Shown here in pieces: positions 1 to 17,604 of a stretch of 64,000 nucleotides of DNA. Location: the NCBI RefSeq assembly GCF_009914755.1, contig NC_060934.1; one strand, written 5' to 3'. The position numbers and the translations under genes were made by a program. The DNA comes from the human T2T-CHM13v2.0 reference genome, Homo sapiens. The stretch's first letter is position 1; every line of letters begins with the position of its first letter. The notes beneath the pieces were generated by a model. It made no database searches and had not been told where the DNA came from. It saw only the letters and a list, made by a program, of their open reading frames with translations.

Positions 1-314
1 CCCTTAATACATAAATGTGTTTTGTGTATCTCCAAAAGGGGATGAAATTTGCTAATGTTTTGACCAAGAAATTCTCTTTTCAAGAAGCAGATCTTAGGAC
101 TGGTGATTCCAATATTAAACATTAAATTATAGAATAACATTTCCCAAAAGTGTTTTCTGTGATTCTGGCTTCAAGATAAAGATTATTATACAAAAAGAAG
201 GATAAGAAGGTAGCTTGGCAAAGCAGTCAGGTCATAGACTGGTGATGAGAGTTGCTAATGACATTTGGGCAAGAGGAAGAGCTCGATGGTGTGTGCCAGT
301 TGATCTCAGAGACA

Positions 315-510
315 TCTTACATGAATTACCTGATTGTAATCCCCACAACTCCATGAAATAATCACAGTTGTTACCCACATTTTACAAATGGGAAAGTCAA
401 GGCACAAAGATGATATGTTTCTTGTCCAGGGTCACTCAGCAAATAAGTGATGGAATCAGAAATAAACTCAGGCCACCTGACTGCAGAGCTTTTGCTCTTA
501 CTATACTACA
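315..510 (-). mobile_element. MIR SINE
   Basis: MIR core on reverse strand: cccacattttacaaatgggaaagtcaaggcac...cttgtccagggtcactcagcaaataagtgatggaatcag. Confidence 0.8.
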
Positions 511-790
511 GTGACTTGAAAAAATATCAAGGAAAATGTGAATAGACCATGGAAGTCATTTCAGGGAAGTGGAATGGCAGTGCCCACAAAGTGGTTTTGC
601 AACATGTTTACCATAGAGATTCTCCAATGTTAAGACTTTTATGCCACTTTATGTGACAATCTTGTCCCTGACTCTTTCTAATGACACCAGCTTCTCTCAT
701 TTGCATTACACACTGAAACATGCCATAAATCACACACTGGAGGGCTCTTTGAATCATGGGGCCATATCAGATGGCTCTTCCATGACCTTG

Positions 791-1783
791 GAAATGTATA
801 TATTAGGAAAGAAGAAAGATCAAACCAATAGCCAAAGCTTCCACCTTAGCAAGCTATAAAAAGTAAAGTAAATTAAATCCAAAAAAGCAGAATAAATGAA
901 ATAATAAAAATTAGAGCAGAAATCAGTGAAATTAAAAACAGAAAATCAGTAGGGAAAATCAACAAAATCAAATGCTGGTTCTCTGAAAAATAGCCACATT
1001 TTACAAATGGGAAAATCAAGGCACAAATATATATTTAATGAAATATAATTAATAATCCTCTATCTAGGTCTACTAAGAAAGAAACAATAAAAAAGAGAAG
1101 ACCCAAATTACTAATATTTCATTTCAAAAATAAAAGAGGGGCTAGCAGTACTGAGCCCATGGACATTAAAAGAATAACAAAAGAATATTATTAACAACCC
1201 AATGCCCATGCATTTTATAACTTAGATGAATGGACCAATTCCTTGAATAACACAAATCTATCAACACTCACACAAGGAGAAATAGATAACCCAAATAGGT
1301 CTATACCTATTTAAAAATTGAATCAATAATGAATGATCTTCTAAAACAGAAAGCACCTGGCCCATATGGTTTTACTGATGAATTATATCAAACATTTAAA
1401 AAAGAAATTATGCCAATTATTTACAATCTTGTTCAGAAATTAAAAGTAGAGGAAACACTTCCTATCACACTGTATGCAGCTAGCATTACTCTAATACCAA
1501 AACCCGACACAGACATTATAAGAAAAGAAAACTACAACTCAATATCCCTCATTAATACAGATGTAAAAATATTCAAGAGGATATTGCATACTGAATCCAA
1601 CAATGTATAAAAAGAATGATACACCATGCAAGTGAGATTTATCCCAAACATTCAAGGATGTTTCAACATTTAGAAACCAAGTAATGAAATATGCTATATT
1701 AGCAGGCTAAAGAAGAAAACTTATTATATGTGAGCATATCAATGGATCCAGAAAATGCATTTGACAAAATCTAATTCATGATA
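791..1783 (+). mobile_element. Old L1 (L1M) ORF2 fragment, from just after the endonuclease into the RT
   Basis: ORF 1329-1610 (KAPGPYGFTDELYQTFKKE...ASITLIPKPD...ISLINTDVKI) matches L1 ORF2 Z/RT-entry motifs; frameshifted. Confidence 0.9.
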
Positions 1784-3275
1784 GTTCAAAATGTTTTAAA
1801 ATTTATCTTGAGGTATCTTCTCTGACTCATGTTATTTAGAAATGTGTCATTTAATCTGCAAATATTTGGGGATTTTCCAGCTATCTTTTTGTTGTTGATG
1901 TCTGGTTAAATTCCATTGTGGTCTGGAAAGAGATATTGTATAATTTATATTCTTTTCAATTTGTTAAGGAATGTCTTATGTCCCAAAGTATTGTTTATCT
2001 TGGTGAATATTCCATGTAAGCTTCAGAAGAATATGTATCCTTCTGTTGTTAGATGGGGTATTATGTAAATATCAACTATATTCAGTTGATTGATGATGCT
2101 TTTCCGTTCAACTATATATCCTTATATAGTTGACTGTTGGATCTGTCAATTGCTATTAGTGTCAAAATCTCAACTACAATAGCTTATTCATAGATTTCTC
2201 CTTGTCTTTCATTTTTTGCCTCCTCTCTTCTGATGTCCTGTTGTTAGGCACATGCACATTAAGGATTGTTACATCTTCTTGAAGAATTGACCCTTTTATC
2301 ATTATGTAGTGCCTTTCTTGATCCCTGATAATTTTCCTTATTCTGAAGTCTGCTTTATCTGAAATTAGTGTAGCTAATCCAGGTTTTTTTTGATTAGTGT
2401 TAGCATGTTATACCTTTCTTCATTCTTTCAATTTTAATCTACCCACGTCTTTAAATTTAAAGTAGATTTCTTGTAGACAACATGTAGTTAGGTCTTGCTT
2501 TTGTTTTTGTTTTTCAGTACACTTTGGCCATCTCTGTCTTTTGATTGGTGTATTTAGATAATTCATATTTAAAGTGATTTTTTATATAACTGGCTTAATA
2601 TCTATCTTATTTTTAACTGTTTTTTAATTATTGCTCTTGTTCTGTGTTTTTCTGTGTTCCACTCTTTTTCTGCCTTCTCTGCTTTTAATTGAACATTTTA
2701 TATAATTCCATTTTCTTTCATCTCTTACCATCAATTATACTTCTTTTAAAAATATTATCAGTGGGTTTACTGGAGTTTGAAATATACATTTACAACTAAT
2801 GTAACCCACTTTCAAACAACATGTACTGCTTCCCAGATAGTAAAAGTAACTTATGAAAACAGTTTTCCTAATTCCTCCTTCTTATCCCTTATAACATGGT
2901 TGTCATTCATTTCACATATCCATAAGCAATAATCACTGAATACATTGTTTCTATTGTTAAGTCAATATACGTTAGATCAACTATAATTAAGAAAAATATA
3001 ATATTTATTTAATTTTTTCCTTATTTATTCCTTTCTTTATGTAGGTTTGAGTTTCTTACCTGTATTTTTTCTCTAACTAATTTTTTAAACATTTCTTTCA
3101 AGGCAGACATACTGAGAGAGTTTCCTCAATTTTTGTTTATTGTAGAAAAGTAAAGACTAAGAAAGTCTTTATTTTTCCTTCACTTTTGAAGGATAATTAT
3201 GCAGGATACAGAATTTTAGGTTAGTGGGATTTTTTTTCAACACTTAAATATTTTACTCCACCCTTTTTCTTTCCT

Positions 3276-3306
<31 letters not shown>

Positions 3307-3757
3307 CTTGTGTGGTTTCTAAAGAAAGGTGCCATATAATCCTTGACTTTGTTCTTTTATGTGTAAGGTGCTCTCCCCAACCCTCTTGCAAGATTTTCTC
3401 TTTATCATTTATTGTCTGTAGTTTGAATGTGATATGTCTAGGTATAGGCTTGATATTTACCCTGTCTGGTTTTCTCTGAATTTTCTGGAACTGAGGATTA
3501 TTGTTTGTCACTAATTTTGGAAATTTCTCAGTCATTATTACTTCAAATATTTCTTCTGCTCCTTTTTCACTTACTTTTCTCCTAGTGTTCCCTTTATGTG
3601 CTTGTTTACACCTCTTGTAATTGTCCCATAGTTCTTGGATATTCTGCCAAGAATATTTTTATTTTATTTTAATTCCTTTTCTCCTTGCTTTTCAGTTTTA
3701 GAAATTTCTATAGAGTTATCTTCAGGATTCGTTCCTCAACTGTGTTCAATCTATTAA
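1784..3757 (-). mobile_element. Old L1 (L1M) ORF1 3' half, inter-ORF spacer and ORF2 endonuclease
   Basis: Minus ORF 3221-3535 (EKFPKL...PIPRHITFKLQ...DKEKIL) is ORF1-like; 1800-2500 is the reverse complement of the EN domain. Confidence 0.85.
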
Positions 3758-3759
3758 CT

Positions 3760-3900
3760 TCTGAGTCCCAGGATGGAGTCAGCTGCACTCAAACCACTTG
3801 AGTGGTTTGGGGAAGAGACATTGCTCCAAAGAAAACTGGGGAGCTATTACCTAAAGGGGAAACAGGTGTAAAACAGATAGTAATGAGAGAAATAAACTGC
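3760..3900. mobile_element. Possible ancient MaLR (MLT1-type) LTR fragment
   Basis: Resembles a recalled MLT1 terminus (ccaaagaaaactggggagctattacc); short and diverged. Confidence 0.35.
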
Positions 3901-4129
3901 AAATGCCTCATAAAACCAGGAAAAGGGCAGTTTATGAGGTAGAAATCAGAAAATGATAGCTAGACTTCAGTGGAAGACATTTAAAACAACATGGAGGAGT
4001 GCAAGATGGACAGGAATATACAGGAAAGTCTGAAGCGTGGAGTCAGGCAGCCCTTTAGCAATGCAGCTCAACACCAATACTCTGAGAGCATGGTAACATT
4101 CAACTTGGCATTTATTGTAGCTTCTTATC

Positions 4130-4338
4130 TGTGCTTTCCATCATGGTAGTCACAGCCACATTTGGCTATTTGAATTTAAATTAGTTTTAATTAAATAAAG
4201 TTAAAAATTTAGTTCCTCAGTTGCACTAGCCACATTTCAAGTACTCAGTAACATTAACATGTGGCTAGTAGCTACTGTATTGCTTAGCACAGAATAGAAC
4301 ATTTTCTTCACTGCAGAAAGTTCTATTAGGTAGCACTG
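4130..4338 (-). mobile_element. MER3 (hAT-Charlie) non-autonomous DNA transposon
   Basis: agttcctcagttgcactagccacatttcaagtactc...catgtggctagtagctactgtatt...gcagaaagttctatt matches MER3 in reverse; internally palindromic. Confidence 0.85.
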
Positions 4339-5039
4339 GATTAAACTATCATTTGCATCATTTCAATTATTTTTCCCAAGAAACATATATGTTGAGACAT
4401 CATACTTTTCTTTTGCTGGCCAATTTGAAATAATGAGGAAAAGAGAATAGAATAATTTTGCTAATGATAGATCTAATAAAGAATCTCCATTGAGAGGCTT
4501 AAGCTCAAACATGAAATTCAATTAAAAATCTTGATTATCTATCCATGACTACACCAATCCCCCTGTGTGCTCTCTTTTTCTCTTTCTCTAATTATGTCCT
4601 ATCAAAGTGGAAAATAAGTTGTGATTATTGGAAGCTGGTCAGGTTGAGTAACAGACACCAATTAAGTATCTACTGAAAAGAAGAGAACATAATACTGGTT
4701 AATCCTTGCTTTTGGACTCTGTGGCCCCCTGTTGGTGTTATACAAACCTCCCACAGGGATGTAGGAAACTGTTCTTCAATTGCTGTCAGCCACCCACTGG
4801 GCACCCTGGATGGTCCTGACAGCATCAAGTGGAGCCTGGAGTTCCAGGACTGCATCTTCTTGTAATTGATGAAAAATATTTACAATTGCCACATCCCCAA
4901 ATTGTATCAGATATTTCCTATGTTAAGGGAAATATCATGCTACACAGATGCTGTCCTTTGGGTTTTATACATGTAGTAGATATTAATTTGGAGTGTGTTT
5001 GAACTCAGTTGTCAGAGAAAATGAGCAGAATGGATGGCA

Positions 5040-5280
5040 ACCAACGTTTACTTAGCCATTGCTATGGCCAGACTCTGCCAGACATGACAACAAGGCATTT
5101 CATGTATATTTCACAAGAGACCTACATGATGTAGGGATTATACCTACTTTAATTAGTTAGAAAACTGAGGCTTAGTAAGGTCAAGCAAGTTTCCAAACAT
5201 TTCAAATGTTGTCACTAAGTTAAGTGGCAGAGCTGGCATATTAATCCAGTATTGTCTGACACCACTTTTGAGTTCTTTAC
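5040..5280 (-). mobile_element. MIR SINE
   Basis: gaaaactgaggcttagtaaggtcaagcaa...taagtggcagagctgg core. Confidence 0.75.
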
Positions 5281-5489
5281 CACCTGGTATTTCTGCAGTA
5301 TTTGATGGGGAGTTTGGCCTTTGGTTGGGATCACCTCCTCTGCTTCATCAGAAGTTTGTACTGACTTCAGTTACAAAGTCCTAAGACTTTGGGCAGTGTT
5401 GAATTTGGAGTTTTTGTTTGTTTGTTTGTTTGTTTTTTACCTTTGTCAGGGGTATATGTGCAGGAATCTCAGCCACTTCTTGTATGCAT

Positions 5490-5720
5490 ATATTTATTGA
5501 AACTTCTTTCAGCAGTTATTGAGAATCTATTGTGCAGCAAATGTTGGGGATATAGTGATAAATAAATAAAGCATGGTCTCTGCCTTCAGAGAGCTCACAA
5601 TATCATAGAAGAGATAGATATATCAGTAAGCTATTACGAAGCAGGGTGATAGTGATAATCAGAGGAGAAAACATAGGGTACTATGTAGTTTCATCGCAGA
5701 GGTGGGCTGGCAGGAGGAAC
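5490..5720 (-). mobile_element. L2 LINE 3' end
   Basis: ttattgagaatctattgtgc...ggggatatagtgataaataa...catggtctctgccttcagagagctcaca, typical of the L2 3' end in reverse. Confidence 0.7.
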
Positions 5721-6710
5721 AGCCAGGTGCAGGAAATGAGGGGGAACACTGTGGAGAAACTAAAAGCAGTAATGGAATCAACTAAATCAACTAAATGTTA
5801 CATATTTTTTATTATCACCAGGTACTGGCAATTCTAAATAATATCAATTATATTTAAAAAAACCACTTGTTGGTCTAAGTTCTAAATAATTGTAGAACTT
5901 ACTGTTGAGTTTGAATAATATATACATAAGCAGGAAATTAGTGCATTTTTGTTACATGTTCTTTAAGAAACGTTTTATTCTACACAGAAGTTAATCCAGA
6001 TAACTCCTAGTTATACTGTCAGTCCTCCTCCTCCCATGCCTCCCACCACAAGAAAGATGACAGGGCTAAAGTTACTTCATGCTATTGTGACCACTATTTG
6101 TGTTCAAAATGAAAAAACAGGGAAATAGTACCAACTACAAGTTGTAATTATTTTGTAACAGATAAGGACAGATTTAATTCAAATGTGACATATGTTGCAG
6201 GTTTTTATAATACCCTCTAAATTGACATTATTCTTCTTTTAAAATTGTGAATTGTGAATTGTCTGTTTTCAAACTAGTAAACAAGTTAGGAAACTAATAA
6301 GTGTTATTAATTGTTGTGTGATTTCAACTGAAAATCGTTTCATCTTATAGAGGAGAGTTAAAACAATCTTCTCTGGATGTCCAATGCACTAGGCCCAACA
6401 CTAGTGCTACAGGCTCAATGTAAGGGGCCCCTGACAGCCCATGAGCTTGGGAGAGCCTGATACATTAAAAAAACTCAGGATGGTATAATCCAGGGTATGG
6501 GTTGGGGAGTGGTAAGAGCTGAGTCTTGTGAGATAGTAGGAACAAGGTAAGGAGGGTGAGGGATTTAGAAGATTTTAAAAAGGAGAGAGTCATGGTTAGG
6601 TTTGTGCATTAGAAAGTACATAGACAAGAAATATGACCATGGCAGCAGATTGTTGTCTTATGTCACTACTTTTTATGAACTTTAAAATTTTTAATAACTT
6701 GTTTCAGTTA

Positions 6711-6755
6711 TGCTCCACATAACAATATTTTGCTCCACATAACAATATTTTGCTC
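6711..6755. repeat. Perfect 20-bp tandem duplication (2.25 copies)
   Basis: tgctccacataacaatattt x2 + tgctc. Confidence 0.95.
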
Positions 6756-6777
6756 ATCATTAAGTGATGCATGACTA

Positions 6778-7690
6778 TATTTTAAAATAATTTCAGGTTT
6801 CAAAGACAGATGCAAAAGTAGTACAAAAACTGTTCTATGTCTTTCACCCACAGTTGCCAACAGTTAAATCTTAATATGATTGAAACAATATTATTGATAG
6901 GCTACTATTATCTGATCTACAGACTTTATTCAAAGTTCTCCATTTGTCTCACTAATGCTCTTTTTGGTCCAGGATTCAATACAGGTTACGATGTTACATT
7001 TGGTTATTATTTATTTAGTTAATATCTCTTCCAATCTGGAAAGTTCCTCAGTTGTCTTTGTTTTTCATGACCTCAGCACTTTTAAAGAATACCAGACATT
7101 TATTTTATAGACTGGCCCTCAATTTGAGTTTGTCTAATGCTTCCCTATGATTTAATTCTGATTTAAATTTTTGGCAAAGATACTGCAAAATTGATCTTGT
7201 GTTCCTCTCAAAGTACATATCAACAGGTACTTGCTAATTTGTGCTATTACTAGTGACATTTATATCACTTGGTTAAGGGGATATATGCCATGTATTTTAA
7301 TTATGGTTATTTTTCTATTTGTAATTAAGAAATAGTTTATGTAGCATTATTTTGAAATCATATAAATATCCTGTTTCTCGCACTTTCACCCACTAATTTT
7401 AGCATCCACTGATGATTCTTGTCTGAAACAAATAGTACTGTGATATTTCTCAAATAGTGATTTTCTATTTCCACTGTTCCTTCTGCATGTATTAGTTGAA
7501 GGAAAAATTGTCTCATTTACTCACTTATTCTTTCATTATTTCATTCATCGGTTATATCAGTATAGATCCATCATTTTTATTTTAATCTCTGGATTGTAAT
7601 TTTTCCTATTATTTATTTTATTTCTCAAAAATTCCCAGACTTGGCCAATGGGTGTTTCTTATGTTGGTTTCTGTGTCTTTTTAACATGTC
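6778..7690 (-). mobile_element. Old L1 (L1MC/L1MD-type) 3' UTR
   Basis: tgcaaaagtagtaca...tctacagactttattcaaagttctcc...gtccaggattcaatacagg...cccactaattttagcatccactgatgattcttg, recalled L1MC 3' UTR motifs in reverse. Confidence 0.75.
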
Positions 7691-7784
7691 CTCAATTTTT
7701 CTTGCTCAGAAAAAACTAGTGTCATGTATATTTTGTTTTTCAAAAAGAGAATTTTAAAATATTGCTTCCTTATTCTTGACATCA

Positions 7785-8560
7785 TTAGACCATTTGATAC
7801 TGTTTCACAGCTCTAGGATGCTCTGTTTTGTGCCACCCCTTAACCAGCTCCCACTCATTTTTCTCCTTGTGCTTCAGTTGGGTAATTGCTATTGACCTAT
7901 CTTCAAGTTCACTGATTTTTTTTTTTCCTCAGCTGTGTTGACTCTACTGATAAGCTCATCAAGAGCACTCTTCATATTTGTTACTATGTATTTTTATTTT
8001 TAGTGTTTCTGTATGTATATTTTTCTTAGAGCATCTTTCTTTCTTCAGAAACTTCTCATCTGTATATTGTTTATGAATGTTGTCCACTGTTTCCACTGGA
8101 AACGTTAGCATATTAGTCATAGTTATGTTTAATTTCCTGTCTGATGATTCCAACATTTGGATCACCTCTTTGTCTGATTCTGCTTATTGCTTTGCCTCTT
8201 GACAGTGGATGGCATTTTCTTGCTTTTTAGTATCTTTTCATTTTTTATTGAGTGCCAGACATTCTATCTAAACCAGTAGTGGCTGAGGCCAATAGTAATT
8301 ACGCATAAAAACAGGCACATGTTTTCTGTTGGGTCATTAGTCAATCAAATTAGGTATTGAGCTGGGTTTGGGTTTTACTGTTTCTATTACCTGTAGCTCA
8401 CTCTAATTTTAAATTTCTTAGCATTATCTTGTTTTTAGATTGGGGGCTCTGGCATAGGAAAAGGCTTCTCAATGATCCTGCTCCACTCTCAACTGTAAAC
8501 TTTCCTGTACCTGTGTCACAACAGTGCTGTCCCTCTATTCTCTTACCTATTCTGTATATG
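7785..8560 (-). mobile_element. Old L1M ORF1 5' region
   Basis: attgacctatcttcaagttcactgatt (reverse = ISELEDRSI, ORF1 coiled-coil); ORF 7959-8165 MIQMLESSDRK. Confidence 0.75.
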
Positions 8561-8569
8561 AGTAATATC

Positions 8570-9230
8570 TTTTTTCAATTATTATTTTCTTCTTTGAGCA
8601 TTTTCAAAATTTGCTTTCTTATATCTTTCTAAGATTTTTGTTGAGCTGTATATTTAATTTTCTTACTTTTATTCTTTTGTCTTATATTTGCAAGAGTATT
8701 TATGGCTATTCTGTTTTCTTCAAACATTGTTTTAATGTATCCATATATTCTGATAAGTAGTGTTGTTATTTTTTTTTTTTTTACAAATTCTATACTTTAA
8801 ATTTGCTTTTTGCCTTTACATGAGATTGTCTATAAATTCTAGCAAAAAGACATTTTGTGGTTTTTAACATTTTTTTCTTGGTTATATCTGAGTGTTTTTG
8901 CATAGTGATCAGATTGTTGTTCATAATATTTCTACTTTACAAAAGTTAATGCTGATTTCTTTGTTACCTAACTGATCCTAACATAGAATCAATGTTGTGG
9001 AGGTCTCATGATTGATTTCAAGATAATATTCTCTGTTATCAGTGTATAGTCTGTACTATGTGTATGTGTGTGCATGAATCTTGCTTTGTAAATTAAATTG
9101 AAAGGCTTTTTCAAATTCTGAGATATGTGTGGTCTCATTAGCATAATAATATCCATAATTATGTGTTTTATATTACCTATGTTAATGTATTTACCTGATG
9201 CATATTCTTTGATCTTTTATTTTTAAAAAA
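8570..9230 (-). mobile_element. Highly decayed L1M/HAL1-type fragments
   Basis: T-rich strand with residual reverse ORF2-EN-like words (catagtgatcaga...aatatttctactttac). Confidence 0.4.
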
Positions 9231-9234
9231 TGTT

Positions 9235-14445
<5,211 letters not shown>

Positions 14446-17400
14446 TAAAAGCAAGAAATTAGAACATAACCCCAGAGAAATTCACCTTTACTAAAAGAAA
14501 GACAAGAAGGAAGAAAAAAAGGAAGACCACAAAACAACCAGAAAACAGATAACAAAATGGCAGGAATAAGTTCTTACTTATTATTAATAATATTGAATGC
14601 AAATGGACTAAACTCTCCGATCAAAAGACATAGTGGCTGAATGGATTAAAAATAATGAGACCTAATGATCTGTTGCCTACCAAAAACACACTTCACCTAT
14701 AAAGACATATATAGACTGAAAATAAAGGGATAAAAGAAGATATTTCATGCCAGTTTAAACAGAAAAAGAGCAGGAATAGCTATGCTTATATCCAATACAA
14801 TAGATTTCAAAACAGAAACTACAAAAAGAGACAATAAAGTCATTTTATAATGATAAAGGGTCAATTCAACAAGAGGCTATAACAATTTTAATTAAGTATG
14901 CACCCAATGCTGGAGCACACAGATATATAAAGCAAATATAATTAGAGCTAAAGAGAGAGCTAGATCCCAATACAAGAATAGCTGGAGATGTCAACTTCTC
15001 ATTTTAAGCACTAGAGAGATCATTTAGAGAGAAAATCAACAAAGAAACATCATACTTAATCTGTAACTGTAGACCCAAGGGACCTAATAGATATTTACAG
15101 AACATTTCATCTAATGAATACACAGTACACATTCTTTTCCTCAGCATATGGATTATTCTCAAGAATAGATCATGTGTTAGGCCAAAAAACAAGCTGTAAA
15201 AAAAAATTTTTAAAAAAGAAATTATATCAAGTATTTTCTCTGACCACAATTAAATAAGACTAGAAACAATAACATGAGGAATTTTGGAAACTATGTAAAC
15301 ACATGAAAATTAAACACTATGTTCTTGAATGACCAGTGGGACAATGAAGACATTAAGAAAAAAAGTATAAAATTTCTTGAAACAAATGACAATGACAACA
15401 TAACATACCAAAATCTATGGTATATAGTGAAAGCAGTACTAAGAGGAAAGTTTAAAGCTATAAGCTACATCAAAAGAGTAGAAAACTTCAAATACACAAC
15501 CTAATGATACATCTTAAAGAACTAGAAAATCAAGACCAAACCAAACCCAAAATTAATGGAAGAAAAGAAAGTATAAAGATCAGAGCAGAGATAAATGAAA
15601 TTGAAACTAAGAAAACAATACAAAAGATCAATAAAATGTAAAGTTAATTTTTTAAAAGATATGCAAAATAGACAAACTTTTATCCAGACTAAGAGAAAAA
15701 GAGAGAAGACATAAATAATTAAAATCATAGATGGAGAAGGCAACATTACAACTGATACCACAGAAATTCAAAAGATCATTAGAGGCTACTATGAGCAACT
15801 ATATGCAATAATATTGGCAAACCTAGAAGAAATCATAAATTCCTAGATACATACAACCTACCAAGAGTGAACCATCAAGAAATCTAAAACCTGAACAGAC
15901 CAATAACAAGTAACAAGATCAAAGCTATAATAAAATGTCTCCCAGCAAAGAAAAGCCTGGGATTCAATATCTTTATTGTTAAATTCTACCAAACATTTAA
16001 AAAACTACTACCAGCCCTACTAAAACTTCCAAAAAATAGGAGGAGAAGGAAATACTTTCAAATTCATGCTATGAGGCCAGTATTACCCTGATACCAAAAC
16101 CAGATGAAGACACAAGCAAATAGAAAGAAAAGAAAACTACAAGCCAATATCCCTGATGAACATTGATGCAAAAATCCTCAACAAAATATTAGCAAACCAA
16201 ATTCAGCAACACATTAAAAAGATCATTCATTATGACAAAGTGGGATTTATCCCGGGGATGCAAGGATGGTTCAACATATGTAAATTAATTGGTGTGATAC
16301 ATCATACCAACAGAATGGAGGACAAAAACCATATGATCATTTCAACTGATGCTTAAAAAGCATTTGACATAATTCAATCTCCCTTCATCATAAAAGCCCT
16401 AAAAACCCTTAAAAAATGGGTATAGAAAGAACATACCTCAACACAATAACAGCCATATACAACAGTCCCACAGCTATATCATACTGAGTGGGAAAAACTG
16501 AATGCTTTTTCTCTAAGATCTGAAACATGACAAGGATGCCCACTTTCACCACTGTTATGCAATGTAGTACTGGAAGTCTTAGCTAGAGTAATCAGAAAAT
16601 AGAAAGAAATAAAAGGTATCCAGATAGGAAGGGACAAATTCAAAGTATCCTTCTTTGCAGGTGATATGATCTTATATATTTGGAAAAACCTAAAGACTTC
16701 ACAAAAAACTATCAGGACCAATAAACAAATTCAGTACAGTTGCAGGATACAATGTCAACATACAAAAGTCAGTAGCATATCTATATGCTAACAGCAAACA
16801 ATCTGAAAATGAAATCGAGAAAGTAATCCCATTTACAATAGCTACAAATAAAATATCTAGGATTTAATTTAACCAAATAAGTGAAATATCTCTACAATGA
16901 AAACTACAAAACATTATCGAAAGAAATAGAAGAGAACACACACACACACACAAATGGAAAGATATTCCATGTCCACAAATTGGAAGAGTCAATATTATTA
17001 AAATTTCCATATTACCTAAAGCAATCTACAGATTCAATGCACTTTCTATCAAAATACCAATGACAATCTTCACAGAAAACAGAAAAAAAAATTCAGAAAA
17101 TTATATGGAACCACAAAAGACACAGAATCCTGAGCAAAGAGAAAAAAAAACTGGAGGAATCACATTATTTGACTTCAGATTATAGTACAGAGCTCTAGTA
17201 ACCAAAACAGCATGGTTCTGGCTTAAAAAGAGACACATAGACCACTGTAAGACAAGAGACAACCCAGAAACAAATTCATACATCTACAGTAAACTCATTT
17301 TTGGCAAAGTTGTTAATAGTATACTTTGGGGAAAGGACAATCTCTTCAATAAATGGTGTTTAGAAAACTATATGCAGAAGAATAAAACTAGACCCCTATC

Positions 17401-17604
17401 TCTCACCATGTACAAAAATTAAATCAAAATGAACTAAAGACTTAAATCTAAGACCTCAAACTATGAAACTAAAAGAAAACATTGGAGAATCTCTCCAGGA
17501 CATTGGAGTTGGCAGATTTCTTGAGTAATACCTCACAAGCACAAGTAACCAAAGCAGAAATGAACAAATGGGAAGACATCAAGTTAAAAAACTTATGCAC
17601 AGCA
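14446..17604 (+). mobile_element. L1MA-type LINE-1, part 2: decayed ORF2 from EN to past the RT
   Basis: Resumes the spacer interrupted at 12597; ORF2 start atggcaggaataag near 14557; ORF 16156 [41 protein letters not shown]; ends at IKLKNLCTA. Confidence 0.92.

Noticed and set aside
3600-7960. Minus-strand L1 pieces ending at 3757 and starting at 7785 as one split element
   Set aside because: They overlap in consensus position (both contain the ISELED coiled-coil region), so they are probably separate insertions
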